Assembly (NCBI GenBank): GCA_031285625.1
Contig: JAITVV010000092.1
Coordinates: 1-64,000 of the forward strand
DNA length: 64,000 bases
Direction: 5' to 3'
Source: Prevotella sp.
Lineage (GTDB): Bacteria; Bacteroidota; Bacteroidia; Bacteroidales; Dysgonomonadaceae
Position numbers and translations under genes: made by a program. Every line of letters begins with the position of its first letter. Position 1 is the first letter of the stretch. Positions 7,653 to 18,045 of the stretch are shown here, in pieces. The notes below the pieces were generated by a model, which had not been told where the DNA came from, did no database searches, and saw nothing but the letters and a program-made list of their open reading frames with translations.

Positions 7653-10600
7653 ATGTTAAAAACATTTATAGAAAGACCAGTACTTTCTACTGTTATTTCT
7701 GTCATCATTGTAGTATTAGGAATCATTGGTCTGGCAACTTTGCCCGTAGAACAATACCCGGATATTGCACCACCGACAGTAGAGGTTAGGGCCACTTATC
7801 CGGGTGCAAATGCGGATGTGGTATTAAATAGTGTGGTTATTCCCCTCGAAGAACAAATCAATGGTGTAGAAGGGATGACATATATGACATCGTCTGCCAG
7901 TAGTGGACAAGGTACTATCAGGATATTCTTTAAACAAGGAGTTAATCCGGATATTGCGGCCGTAAACGTACAGAATCTTGCAGCACGTGCAAACCCTTTA
8001 CTACCTCAGGAGGTAACTCAATTAGGGGTAACAGTATCAAAACAACAGAATAGTACATTGTTAGGATTAACGTTAAGTACAAGCAATCCTGATTATGATG
8101 GAGAGTTCCTTCAGAACTATGCTAATATCAACATATTACCGCAAATTAAGCGTGTATATGGAGTAGGTAATGCCAGTGTGTTCGGAGCCAGGGACTACTC
8201 TATGCGTATATGGCTGAAACCAGATGTAATGGCTGCCTATAAGATTTCTGTACAGGAGGTAACTGCTGCCCTGATAGATCAGAATATAGAAGCAGCTCCC
8301 GGTGAATTGGGGCAAAATAGCGATCAGTCTTTCCAATATACAATGCGATATACAGGAAAACTAAAAACCGAAGAAGAATTTGGCAATATTATATTGCGTT
8401 CTCAGGATGGTCAGATCTTAAGATTAAAAGATATCGCCAGAGTTGAATTGGGATCATTGAACTATAGTGTTGTTTCCCAGACTGACCGAAACGAGTCTGT
8501 ATTTATTATGATCAACCAGACAGCTGGATCAAATGCACAGGAAGTAATTACGAATGTAAAAGCTGTTTTAAATGATGCAACAAAATCATTGCCATCAGGT
8601 GTTCAGTTCATTTACATGATGGACTCCAGTGAGTTTTTGGATGCATCTATCGAAAAGGTTATACATACACTTATCGAAGCCTTTATTCTGGTATTTATTG
8701 TAGTGTTTGTATTCTTACAGGATATAAGATCTACCATTATTCCTGCTGTGGCCGTACCGGTTGCTATTGTAGGTACCTTCTTCTTCCTGCAAGTATTTGG
8801 ATTCTCGATCAACTTGCTTACATTATTTGCATTAGTACTCGCGATTGGTATTGTGGTCGATGATGCCATAGTCGTCGTCGAGGCTGTCCATGCACAGCTC
8901 GACGCAGGGGAGAAAGACCCTAAGCAGGCAACCATGACTGCGATGAAAGAAATTGCACCGGCTATTGTTTCCATTACACTGGTTATGTCAGCGGTATTCG
9001 TTCCTGTCAGCTTTATTGGCGGTACTTCGGGTATATTCTTCAAACAGTTTGGTTTAACCTTAGCGATCTCAATCCTTATCTCAGCAGTAAATGCTTTGAC
9101 ATTGAGTCCGGCTCTTTGTGCCCTGTTCTTAAAAGCTCATGATGAAGAACATCAGAAGAAAAACTTCATGCAGAAGTTCTACTATTACTTCAATATGACT
9201 TTCAATAGTGCAACTCAGAAATACAAAAACAGTCTGCATTTTCTTGGTAGAAGAGGACATCGCTGGATTACAGTAGCTATTATACTGGTTGCTTCTGTTG
9301 TCTTATTCGGACTAATGAAGATGTTACCAACAGGATTCGTTCCAAATGAGGATAGTGGTGGTGTTATCGGATTTGTAACATTACCTCCGGGCTCATCACT
9401 GGAAAGAACAGACTCTATCGTTAGCCAGGTTGTACACATGTCTCAAGAGATAGAGGGGGTACAGAGTGTAACAAATATTTCGGGGGTTAACTTTATGGCC
9501 GGTATGAATAGTTCTTATGGTACTATGATTGTGAAAATGAAGCCATGGAATGACCGTAAGTTATCTACAAATGAAGTATCTGCTATATTAAAAGAAAAAA
9601 CGAGCCATATTAAGGAAGCAACATTCTTCTTCGTAGCTACACCAACCCTTCAGGGTTTCGGATTAGGAGCCGGAGTTGATATGCAGTTACAGGACCGTAC
9701 CGGAGGTGACATTAATAAATTTAATGACATTGCGCAAAATCTTTTACAAAAGCTAAGAGACAGAGATGATGTGGTAATGATGGCAATGACTAACTTTAAT
9801 CCTGCCTTCCCACAAAAAGAGATATCTGCCGATCTACCTAAAATCAAGGCAGCAGGATTAACTCTTAATGATGTAATGGGATCGCTACAGGGTTATATTG
9901 GTAGCTCGTATGCCTCTACCTTCAACTTATATGGTAAGCAATTTAGAGTAGTATTACAGGCATCTCCTGAATACAGACGGAAATTAGACGACTTAAATGG
10001 TTTATTCGTACGAACAGCATCTGGAGAAATGGCACCTATTACAGAGTTTATCCATGTAGAAGATATAGATGCGCCTCCCACATTAAGCCGTTTTAATATG
10101 TATTCTTCTATAGATGTTACCATTGTACCTAATTTTTATGGAGGAAAAAGTACAGGGGACGTTCTTCAATTAGTAGAAGAAATGTCGACAGACAAAACAA
10201 TCTTCCCTGATGGATATACTTATGAATATGGAGGTATGACCCGTGAGGAAGCAGGTAGTGGAAGTCAGACAATATTAATTTTTGGTATCTGTATTATATT
10301 CGTTTACTTGCTTTTATGTGCTCTATACGAAAGTTACATTATACCACTGGCAGTATTGTTCTCTTTACCTGTAGGTTTGGCCGGTGTATTTATCTTCCTG
10401 ATGATATTCGGGGTATCACAAGGTATTGTAAATAATATCTATGTACAGATATCGATGATCATGTTGATCGGGCTGTTAGCGAAGAATGCCATCCTGATTG
10501 TGGAATACGCTATCCAACGTCGCCAGCAAGGTATGAGTATCGTCGAAGCTGCCGTTAACGGAGCTGTGGCCCGTCTTCGTCCTATCCTGATGACATCTTT

Positions 10601-10820
10601 TGCATTCATCGCCGGACTATTCCCGTTATTCATTGCTTCGGGAGCCGGAGCTATTGGTAACCGTTCTATTGGTATCAGTGCTATTGGAGGTATGTTTATT
10701 GGTACAATGATAGGAGTTTTGGTTATTCCATCACTATATATCATATTCCAATCATTACAGGATAAGGTAAGTAAATCGGGAATGATTAACTCAAATGATG
10801 AGTTTATTAATAAAAAATGA
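7653..10820 (+). CDS. RND efflux permease (AcrB/HAE1 family)
   Basis: 1055 aa; LPVEQYPDIAPP, AIGIVVDDAIVVVE, LAKNAILIVE, RLRPILMTS. Confidence 0.97.
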   Translation: MLKTFIERPVLSTVISVIIVVLGIIGLATLPVEQYPDIAPPTVEVRATYPGANADVVLNSVVIPLEEQINGVEGMTYMTSSASSGQGTIRIFFKQGVNPDIAAVNVQNLAARANPLLPQEVTQLGVTVSKQQNSTLLGLTLSTSNPDYDGEFLQNYANINILPQIKRVYGVGNASVFGARDYSMRIWLKPDVMAAYKISVQEVTAALIDQNIEAAPGELGQNSDQSFQYTMRYTGKLKTEEEFGNIILRSQDGQILRLKDIARVELGSLNYSVVSQTDRNESVFIMINQTAGSNAQEVITNVKAVLNDATKSLPSGVQFIYMMDSSEFLDASIEKVIHTLIEAFILVFIVVFVFLQDIRSTIIPAVAVPVAIVGTFFFLQVFGFSINLLTLFALVLAIGIVVDDAIVVVEAVHAQLDAGEKDPKQATMTAMKEIAPAIVSITLVMSAVFVPVSFIGGTSGIFFKQFGLTLAISILISAVNALTLSPALCALFLKAHDEEHQKKNFMQKFYYYFNMTFNSATQKYKNSLHFLGRRGHRWITVAIILVASVVLFGLMKMLPTGFVPNEDSGGVIGFVTLPPGSSLERTDSIVSQVVHMSQEIEGVQSVTNISGVNFMAGMNSSYGTMIVKMKPWNDRKLSTNEVSAILKEKTSHIKEATFFFVATPTLQGFGLGAGVDMQLQDRTGGDINKFNDIAQNLLQKLRDRDDVVMMAMTNFNPAFPQKEISADLPKIKAAGLTLNDVMGSLQGYIGSSYASTFNLYGKQFRVVLQASPEYRRKLDDLNGLFVRTASGEMAPITEFIHVEDIDAPPTLSRFNMYSSIDVTIVPNFYGGKSTGDVLQLVEEMSTDKTIFPDGYTYEYGGMTREEAGSGSQTILIFGICIIFVYLLLCALYESYIIPLAVLFSLPVGLAGVFIFLMIFGVSQGIVNNIYVQISMIMLIGLLAKNAILIVEYAIQRRQQGMSIVEAAVNGAVARLRPILMTSFAFIAGLFPLFIASGAGAIGNRSIGISAIGGMFIGTMIGVLVIPSLYIIFQSLQDKVSKSGMINSNDEFINKK

Positions 10821-12235
10821 TAACTATGATTAGAAAATATATAAAAGGTGTAGTTCTATTGGGAGTAATACTCTCAATGGGATTCACCTCCTGCGGGGTA
10901 GTTAGTAATTATAAAGCTCCCGAAATTGATTCTGACGACTTATTCAGAGAAGAGAATCCGATAGATACAACTACAATTGCAAATATTCCATGGAGAGAAT
11001 ATTTCACAGATCCGGCACTTCAGGCCTTGATTGATGAAGGGTTAACAAATAACTTCGATATGCGGATAGCTTATACTCGCATACAACAAGCTGAGGCAGG
11101 ATTAGTCGTTGCTAAATCTGCATATTTCCCAACAATTGCATTAGCAGGTCAGGTAAATCATACCCAAATAAGTTATAAGAATGGGAAAGAAAGAGTGCTA
11201 GGTTATGATGGAGGTACAACGTTTGCTTTAGGGTTTGCAGTACAATGGGAAGCAGATCTATGGGGTAAACTTAGTAGCAAATCGAGAGCTCAGTATGCTA
11301 ATCTGATAAGTACTCATGCGTATCGCAATCTGATTCAGACATCACTGATATCTAATATCGCTACTACGTATTATTCATTACAAGCTTTGGATGAGCAACT
11401 AAAGATTACTCTGGAAACAATTGAGTTATTGAAAGAGAGCACTATCACTATGGATGCTATGATGCAGGCAGGACTATTGAATCGTGCCGGAGTAAAACAA
11501 AGTGAGGCTTTACTATATAGCACACAGGTTAGTGTACCTGCTTTAGAAAGCCAGATCAGGCAGTTGGAGAATTCCCTGTCTGTATTAGTTGGACGTAAAC
11601 CCGGCCCTATTTACAGGACTTCTATTAAGGAACAATCTGTTCCGGCTCATTTAGCATTTGGTGTCCCTACACAGATGTTATCAAAACGTCCGGATGTATT
11701 ACAAGCCGAGATGGGATTCAGATATGCATTTGAAATGAAGAATGTAGCACAAAGATCTCTATATCCATCAATAACTTTGAGTACACCATCATCTGTGGGT
11801 TATGGCTCTAATACATTGTCTCAATTCTTCAAGCCAACAAATATATTAGCTAACATAGTCGGAGGACTTACACAGCCTATATTTGCAGGAAACCAATTGA
11901 GAGGACAGTTAAAGGTCGCCAAAGCTCAACAGGAAGAAGCATTACTTACTTTCGAACAAACTGTATTGAAAGCGAGTCAGGAAGTGTCTGACATTATGTA
12001 TACTTATGAGTCTTCGCTCCGCAAAAATGAAAACAGAGCTAAGCAAGTAGATGCTTTATTTACGGCAGTTAGCGATACTAAAAACTTATTAACGGCAGGT
12101 GAAGCAAATTATACGGAAGTATTAAATGCTGAACAAAGCTTGTTACAAGCCCAACTTGGACAAGTAAATGATAAACTCGAACAGCTTCAGGCATCTGTAA
12201 ACCTATACAGAGCACTTGGTGGCGGTATTGAGTAA
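10817..12235 (+). CDS. Efflux outer-membrane factor (TolC/NodT family) lipoprotein
   Basis: Lipobox FTSC, WEADLWGK, RPDV and LYRALGGG terminus; ATGA overlap with the permease. Confidence 0.95.
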   Translation: MITMIRKYIKGVVLLGVILSMGFTSCGVVSNYKAPEIDSDDLFREENPIDTTTIANIPWREYFTDPALQALIDEGLTNNFDMRIAYTRIQQAEAGLVVAKSAYFPTIALAGQVNHTQISYKNGKERVLGYDGGTTFALGFAVQWEADLWGKLSSKSRAQYANLISTHAYRNLIQTSLISNIATTYYSLQALDEQLKITLETIELLKESTITMDAMMQAGLLNRAGVKQSEALLYSTQVSVPALESQIRQLENSLSVLVGRKPGPIYRTSIKEQSVPAHLAFGVPTQMLSKRPDVLQAEMGFRYAFEMKNVAQRSLYPSITLSTPSSVGYGSNTLSQFFKPTNILANIVGGLTQPIFAGNQLRGQLKVAKAQQEEALLTFEQTVLKASQEVSDIMYTYESSLRKNENRAKQVDALFTAVSDTKNLLTAGEANYTEVLNAEQSLLQAQLGQVNDKLEQLQASVNLYRALGGGIE

Positions 12236-12260
12236 AACAATCTGATCACATACTAATTAT

Positions 12261-12292
12261 AAAGGGTATCCAAACGGATACCCTTTTGTTTT
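12261..12292 (+). terminator. Intrinsic terminator, probably bidirectional
   Basis: AAAGGGTATCC-aaac-GGATACCCTTT followed by TGTTTT. Confidence 0.85.
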
Positions 12293-12294
12293 CG

Positions 12295-13059
12295 CTACTG
12301 GTTCTCTATTATAAAATCAACGACGGTTTTTGGATCATCCAGACTATGCGGATGGTGCCCCACCCCTTCTTTCATTATTAGTTCGACTCTCCCATTCAAG
12401 CCCTTGTAACGTTCATAGACAACACCCATATTTTCCTCATAAGGCACAATATCATCACTATCACCACAAACAGCTATAATAGGAATATTAGCCTTGGCAA
12501 TCGGTTCCAGATTATCGATTGGGTTTCCTCTAAAATTATCAGCTTCCTCATCGGTTATTTTCCATTCATTAAGGAAGTCATTCCATAGTACTTTATCTTT
12601 CCTTCCCGGCCAACTAAACACATCACAAACAGGTGCATCTACATAAATACATGCAACCTTATCAGGATTTTGGGCTGCCCAGTTAAAAACAAATAAACCA
12701 CCCCTACTAAAGCCTTCAAGGGTTACTTTTCCTGAAAGGCTATAATGTTCCCTTATATAATTATAATATTCCGAGCCAAGGTCTAAAGACTGGGGACTAC
12801 CGTACAAATGAGTAAGATCATAATATACGACATGAAATCCTTTTTCGAGTAAAGCCAGATCAACACTGGGAAAAGCGCAAAAAAATGCCGGGCGCCATAT
12901 CCAGGGGTTACCTTCTGCCGCTACGTTAGGGACAACTACTATTACCTCCCGGTCGTTCAGCGTAAATCTATCGATATGATACTTACCCCATGCATCCTCT
13001 TTTTTTGTGCATCCTATCAATAAAAGTAACAGGAAAGATATTAGTATAATTCTTCTCAT
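12295..13059 (-). CDS. Alpha/beta-hydrolase fold lipoprotein (esterase/peptidase S9-like)
   Basis: Lipobox LIGC, nucleophile elbow GFSRGG, GDSDDIVP (Asp) and GVGHHPH (His). Confidence 0.85.
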   Translation of the reverse strand: MRRIILISFLLLLLIGCTKKEDAWGKYHIDRFTLNDREVIVVVPNVAAEGNPWIWRPAFFCAFPSVDLALLEKGFHVVYYDLTHLYGSPQSLDLGSEYYNYIREHYSLSGKVTLEGFSRGGLFVFNWAAQNPDKVACIYVDAPVCDVFSWPGRKDKVLWNDFLNEWKITDEEADNFRGNPIDNLEPIAKANIPIIAVCGDSDDIVPYEENMGVVYERYKGLNGRVELIMKEGVGHHPHSLDDPKTVVDFIIENQ

Positions 13060-13105
13060 TATTATTTTAATATTAATAACCAGAGAATAAAGATATATAA
13101 TTATA

Positions 13106-13139
13106 AATAAAAAAGCCAGAGAGTATAACTCTCCGGCTC
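13106..13139 (-). terminator. Terminator after trxA
   Basis: Imperfect hairpin AGCC-GAGAG/CTCTC-GGCT followed on the minus strand by TTTTTTATT. Confidence 0.6.
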
Positions 13140-13174
13140 ATATTATAACTTATCAAATAAGTCAGAAAAACTTA

Positions 13175-13489
13175 TTACAATAATTTTTCTATTTTCTCTA
13201 CCAATACAGCTTTCTGAGCTGCACCAACTTGCTTGTCAACAACCTCACCATTCTTAATGAATAATATTGTCGGGATATTGCGGATACCATACTTAGATGT
13301 AATTTCATCATTATTATCCACATCTACTTTTCCGATGGTTACTTTTCCATCATATTCTGCAGCTAGTTCTTCTACAATCGGGCCTACCATACGGCATGGA
13401 CCGCACCATTCTGCCCAAAAATCTATAACGAGTGGTTTGTCTGATTTCAATATATCTTCAAAACCTGCGTCTGTAATCTCTAAAGCCAT
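13175..13489 (-). CDS. trxA: Thioredoxin
   Basis: WCGPC active site; TACCTTTG promoter at 13555-13548. Confidence 0.97.
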   Translation of the reverse strand: MALEITDAGFEDILKSDKPLVIDFWAEWCGPCRMVGPIVEELAAEYDGKVTIGKVDVDNNDEITSKYGIRNIPTILFIKNGEVVDKQVGAAQKAVLVEKIEKLL

Positions 13490-13582
13490 AACTTTTGTCT
13501 ATTAATTTATATATTATATTTATTTAGTCTATCTTAATTTTGCACTGCAAAGGTAAAAAATCTATTTTATATATGAAAATTT

Positions 13583-16500
13583 TCAATTTACCCTAAAAAC
13601 AAAACTTTCGTTTTCTACCAGATAATCAATCAATTCTCTCTTTACATTTATTTTATAATTACGTGAGAACAGATCAACTTTCATATTTCGTTCACCATCA
13701 ACTACCTCAAAATATAACAACGAATTACCCGGATTGTTTTTAGTTAATGTCGATAATTCTTCAACCATCTGGGTATTCATATCATGAAGAGGTAATGTAA
13801 TGGTAATCTTCTCTATTAACGAATCTTTTACGTCAGGTAATAGTTGAATTGAGTGAATCTTTAGCTCCATTTGGTTTGCATCATATTTACGGCCTTGCAC
13901 ACGTCCTTTAATAAATATATATAATCCTTGCCGGCCATATTTTCCGAAATTGATATAGTCGTCTCCAAAAAACGGAATTTCCCCACTACCTGTAAAATCT
14001 TCAATACGAAGTATCATAAAAGGCTTACCGTTTTTGGTTATACCTTCTCTTACATTAGAAACCAATCCGCCTATCATTACTTCTTTATTCTTCAAAGCAT
14101 CTTTATCTTCAATTTCAGACATCCCCACATTACATACATAACTAAGGATTATACGGTATTCGTCAAGAGGATGAGCCGATAGATAAATACCGATCAATTC
14201 GCGTTCTTTATTCAAACGTTCAAGATCTGACCATTTCTCCACTTTAGGTATATCAGGACGTGCAATATCGAAAGAAGAATCATCACCAAATAATGAAGTT
14301 GCAGCTTCGTGCTTGTCTACCTGATATTTATTCCCATAACGGATAAGCTGATCTATAAAAGTTTCGCCCTTATTGTTGATACCAAAGAACTGCTCCCTAC
14401 TAACTTCCGGAAAAGCATCGAATGCCCCTGCTAAAGCCAAAGACTCAATATTTTTCTTATTGCAAGAACTAAGGTTTACACGTTCAACAAAATCAAATAC
14501 ATCTTTAAACGGTCCGTTCCTTTTTCGTTCTTCAATAATATTCATAACTGCTCCCTCTCCTACTCCTTTTACAGCAGCGAGACCAAAGCGTATATCACCT
14601 TCCTTATTTACCGAGAATTTAAGATATGATTCATTTACATCCGGACCAAATACATTCAAGCCCATAGCTTTGCATTCATCCATAAATTTAGTGATTTCCG
14701 TTATATTCGATAAGTTACGGGAAAGCACGGCAGCCATGTATTCTGATGGATAATTAGCCTTCAGCCAGGCAGTCTGGTAAGCTACCCACGAGTAACATGT
14801 TGCATGCGATTTATTGAAAGCATATGAAGCAAATTTTTCCCAGTCGGCCCATATTTTCTCAAGCGTCTTTTTATCATGACCGTTCTTAGTTCCACCAGCC
14901 AGAAATTTTTCTTTCAGGGCATTCATTTTATCGATGAGCTTTTTACCCATAGCTTTACGCAGCTCATCTGACTGACCACGTGTAAAATCGGCAAGCAAAC
15001 GTGATAATAACATGACCTGTTCCTGATACACGGTAATACCATATGTATCGTTCAGGTAACGTTCCATAATAGGTATATCATATGAAATCTCCTCACGTCC
15101 ATGCTTACGGGCAATAAAGGATGGTATATAATCCATTGGCCCCGGACGATAAAGAGCATTCATGGCAATCAGGTCTTCAAACTTAGTTGGTTGCAGTTCT
15201 TTTAAGTATTTCTGCATACCGGCAGACTCAAACTGGAATGTCCCTGTGGTTTTTCCAGCACTGTACAACTCATAGGTTTTTGTATCCTCCAGTGAAATAG
15301 TATCAATATCTACATCTACTCCGGTTGTATGTTTTATATTCTCAATAGCTTCTTTTATAATCGAAAGAGTTTTGAGTCCAAGGAAGTCCATCTTAATAAG
15401 GCCTGTTTCTTCAATAACAGTACCCTCATACTGCGTAACCAGAATATTTTCTCCTGTTTCTTTATCTTCCGCTGTACTTACCGGTACAATATCTGAAATA
15501 TCCTGTTGGCCAATGATAATACCACATGCATGCACTCCGGTATTCCGCACATTTCCTTCCAGCATCTGTGCATATTTTAAGGTATCACGCATCACAGGAT
15601 CATGGCTGTTAGCTGCATCTTTGAGTTCAGGAACATATTCAATAGCATCGCGCAGGGTAACCTTCTTTTTATCAGGAATACGATCCGGTACAAATTTTGC
15701 TAACCGGTTGGATTCTGCCAATGGTAATTTCTGAACACGGGCAACATCCTTTATTGCAGACTTTGTTGCCATAGTACCATAGGTAATAATATGCGCAACT
15801 TTATCCTGTCCATATTTATCAGTAACCCATTTCAAAACTTTCCCCCGTCCGTCATCATCAAAGTCGATATCAATATCGGGCATAGATATACGGTCGGGAT
15901 TAAGGAAACGCTCAAATAGCAAATCATATTTAATAGGATCAATATCTGTAATACCTAAACAATATGCTACAGCAGAACCGGCAGCAGAACCCCGGCCGGG
16001 GCCTACTGCAACACCCATACTACGGGCTGCAGCAATAAAATCCTGTACAATAAGAAAGTATCCCGGAAACCCCATCGTCTTCATTACGTCTAATTCAAAA
16101 TCAAGACGCTCGACAATCTCAGCATCACGATCTTTACCATAACGCTTATCAGCACCGATCATAGTGAGGTGCTTCAGATAATCGGATTCAAGCTTTATAC
16201 GAATGACCTTATCATATCCCCCCAAGCGAAAATACTCTTTCTCGCCAAATTCCTTAATGAGGTCTTCTTCCGAGTACATGATTTTATATCCTTCTTCTGT
16301 ACCAAAAGATGCATCAATAGTAAAGAATGGCATTAATGCATCCGAGTCGATAGAATAATACTCTACTTTATCCGCAATTTCCAGTGTATTACTTAATACT
16401 TCAGGATGATCCGAAAATATCTGATTCATTTCAGCAGTTGTCTTCAACCACTCCTGCTTTGTATAACGCATTCTTTTAGGATCGTCAAAATCCTTTCCCG

Positions 16501-17332
16501 TGCTCAGGCATATAAGCCGGTCATGTGCATCTGCATCTTCTTCATCTACAAAATGTACATCATTGGTTGCAATCACCTTTACTCCAAACTTTTCACCCAT
16601 ACGAAGCAATTCTGCATTTACTTTCTGCTGTAAAGGATATGCTTCTGTATTAGCATCCGGACGGTTAGTCTTATGACGTTGGAGTTCGAGATAAAAATCT
16701 TCACCAAACAGGTCTTTAAACCATTGAACAGCATTTTCAGCTTCGTCAATGTCTCCTGCCATTATTTTTTTATTTATTTCACCTCCGAGACATGCGGAAG
16801 AAACAATGAGTCCTTCGTGATATTTCTCAAGTAGTTCTTTATCTATACGGGGACGCATATAAAAACCCTCCGTCCAGCCATGAGACACCATTTTAATTAG
16901 GTTTTTATAGCCTTTCAGATTTTTGGCCAATACTACAAGATGCCATCCACTCATATCAGGTTTTCCATCTTTCAGCTTTCTGCCTCTGCGGGCAACATAA
17001 CACTCACAACCAATAATAGGCTTGAAGCGTTTAGCTTCTTCTTCCTTTATTTTGGTCTTAAGTTCTCCTATTTGTGCAGAATTATCATTTGATTCATCCT
17101 TCTCCAGTTTTTTTATCTCAGACTTCAATTCCTTTATGGTTCCGTCATATTTGGAATTTTTCTTTTTCACATAATTGAAAAACTCTTTGATCCCAAACAT
17201 AGCACCATGGTCTGTCAGTGCAATTGCTTTCATCCCATCAGCCATAGCTTTGTCTACTAAGTTAGGGATACTTGCCTGACCATCGAGAAGTGAATATTGT
17301 GAATGGACGTGTAAGTGTACAAAATTATTCAT
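13583..17332 (-). CDS. dnaE: DNA polymerase III alpha subunit
   Basis: PHP domain HLHVHSQYSLLDG, GPGRGSAAGS, MPDIDIDFD, YAFNKSH. Confidence 0.98.
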   Translation of the reverse strand: MNNFVHLHVHSQYSLLDGQASIPNLVDKAMADGMKAIALTDHGAMFGIKEFFNYVKKKNSKYDGTIKELKSEIKKLEKDESNDNSAQIGELKTKIKEEEAKRFKPIIGCECYVARRGRKLKDGKPDMSGWHLVVLAKNLKGYKNLIKMVSHGWTEGFYMRPRIDKELLEKYHEGLIVSSACLGGEINKKIMAGDIDEAENAVQWFKDLFGEDFYLELQRHKTNRPDANTEAYPLQQKVNAELLRMGEKFGVKVIATNDVHFVDEEDADAHDRLICLSTGKDFDDPKRMRYTKQEWLKTTAEMNQIFSDHPEVLSNTLEIADKVEYYSIDSDALMPFFTIDASFGTEEGYKIMYSEEDLIKEFGEKEYFRLGGYDKVIRIKLESDYLKHLTMIGADKRYGKDRDAEIVERLDFELDVMKTMGFPGYFLIVQDFIAAARSMGVAVGPGRGSAAGSAVAYCLGITDIDPIKYDLLFERFLNPDRISMPDIDIDFDDDGRGKVLKWVTDKYGQDKVAHIITYGTMATKSAIKDVARVQKLPLAESNRLAKFVPDRIPDKKKVTLRDAIEYVPELKDAANSHDPVMRDTLKYAQMLEGNVRNTGVHACGIIIGQQDISDIVPVSTAEDKETGENILVTQYEGTVIEETGLIKMDFLGLKTLSIIKEAIENIKHTTGVDVDIDTISLEDTKTYELYSAGKTTGTFQFESAGMQKYLKELQPTKFEDLIAMNALYRPGPMDYIPSFIARKHGREEISYDIPIMERYLNDTYGITVYQEQVMLLSRLLADFTRGQSDELRKAMGKKLIDKMNALKEKFLAGGTKNGHDKKTLEKIWADWEKFASYAFNKSHATCYSWVAYQTAWLKANYPSEYMAAVLSRNLSNITEITKFMDECKAMGLNVFGPDVNESYLKFSVNKEGDIRFGLAAVKGVGEGAVMNIIEERKRNGPFKDVFDFVERVNLSSCNKKNIESLALAGAFDAFPEVSREQFFGINNKGETFIDQLIRYGNKYQVDKHEAATSLFGDDSSFDIARPDIPKVEKWSDLERLNKERELIGIYLSAHPLDEYRIILSYVCNVGMSEIEDKDALKNKEVMIGGLVSNVREGITKNGKPFMILRIEDFTGSGEIPFFGDDYINFGKYGRQGLYIFIKGRVQGRKYDANQMELKIHSIQLLPDVKDSLIEKITITLPLHDMNTQMVEELSTLTKNNPGNSLLYFEVVDGERNMKVDLFSRNYKINVKRELIDYLVENESFVFRVN

Positions 17333-17614
17333 ATCGTATATTTTCTTAACATGTAAAGTTACAACAATTAGTAACCTTTATCTAAAAAATCATCATGCAG
17401 TTTTCAACAGCTAATATTTTTTATACTTTCTGAGAGCGTATAAACAGGAATATTAAAAAAATGTTGTCAGAGTTTATAAATATTAACGAAGTATCCAATC
17501 TTTAGATATACTTTTGGATTGTCATCAGATTCTAATCTAGAATGAATCTATAAAATACAACTTTAGCACGGATTGATGTTGCAATCAATTAAACAAACTT
17601 CACAAAACTTGAAT

Positions 17615-17650
17615 AAATGGTAAATTTTCAATTTACCATTTTTCATTTTT
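17615..17650 (+). terminator. AT-rich 12-bp inverted repeat with T tail
   Basis: AAATGGTAAATT-ttc-AATTTACCATTT followed by TTCATTTTT. No upstream gene is evident, so the role is uncertain. Confidence 0.4.
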
Positions 17651-17707
17651 GCCCTTATTGGTTTCATATCCTATAAATTAATAACATCTTTGAAGAAAAC
17701 TTCATAT

Positions 17708-17845
17708 ATGGCAGCTACTATAGATCTGAGCAATATAAGTGACGGTGACTCTAAAGTATATGAAAGTAAGCATGGAACTGGAAAATGGGAATTTGAAGAA
17801 AATGCTCCCTCCTTTATCGAATTTATAAAAAAACTCATCAATTAG
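17708..17845 (+). pseudogene. C-terminal fragment of an SMI1/KNR4 (SUKH)-like immunity protein
   Basis: 45-aa ORF MAATIDLSNISDGDSKVYESKHGTGKWEFEENAPSFIEFIKKLIN, resembling the SUKH C-terminus. In-frame TAA at 17621 leaves no N-terminal half. Confidence 0.55.
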
Positions 17846-18045
17846 TTCCCTAAGATAACAAACTGATACAACCTGCTCCGGAGAAAAACCGAAGTAATTT
17901 TTCAGGTGACGTCATTATACTATCTATATAGTTGATTACATTGACAATAGATGTTTACGCAACTATAAAAAATACAATTATATAATACATTTTCCATATT
18001 AAAAGTATACCTTTGTATATATAAATAAATCAAAAAGTAACCCTC

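Noticed and set aside
8136-16633. Many 60-150 aa antisense or alternate-frame ORFs inside RND, trxA and dnaE (and likewise in other core genes)
   Set aside because: Fully nested in well-supported conserved genes, with no recognisable motifs.
17040-17170. Charged coiled-coil insert in the DnaE PHP domain as a possible intein
   Set aside because: About 45 aa with no intein terminal motifs; similar inserts are, as far as I recall, ordinary in Bacteroidales DnaE. DnaB also shows no intein.
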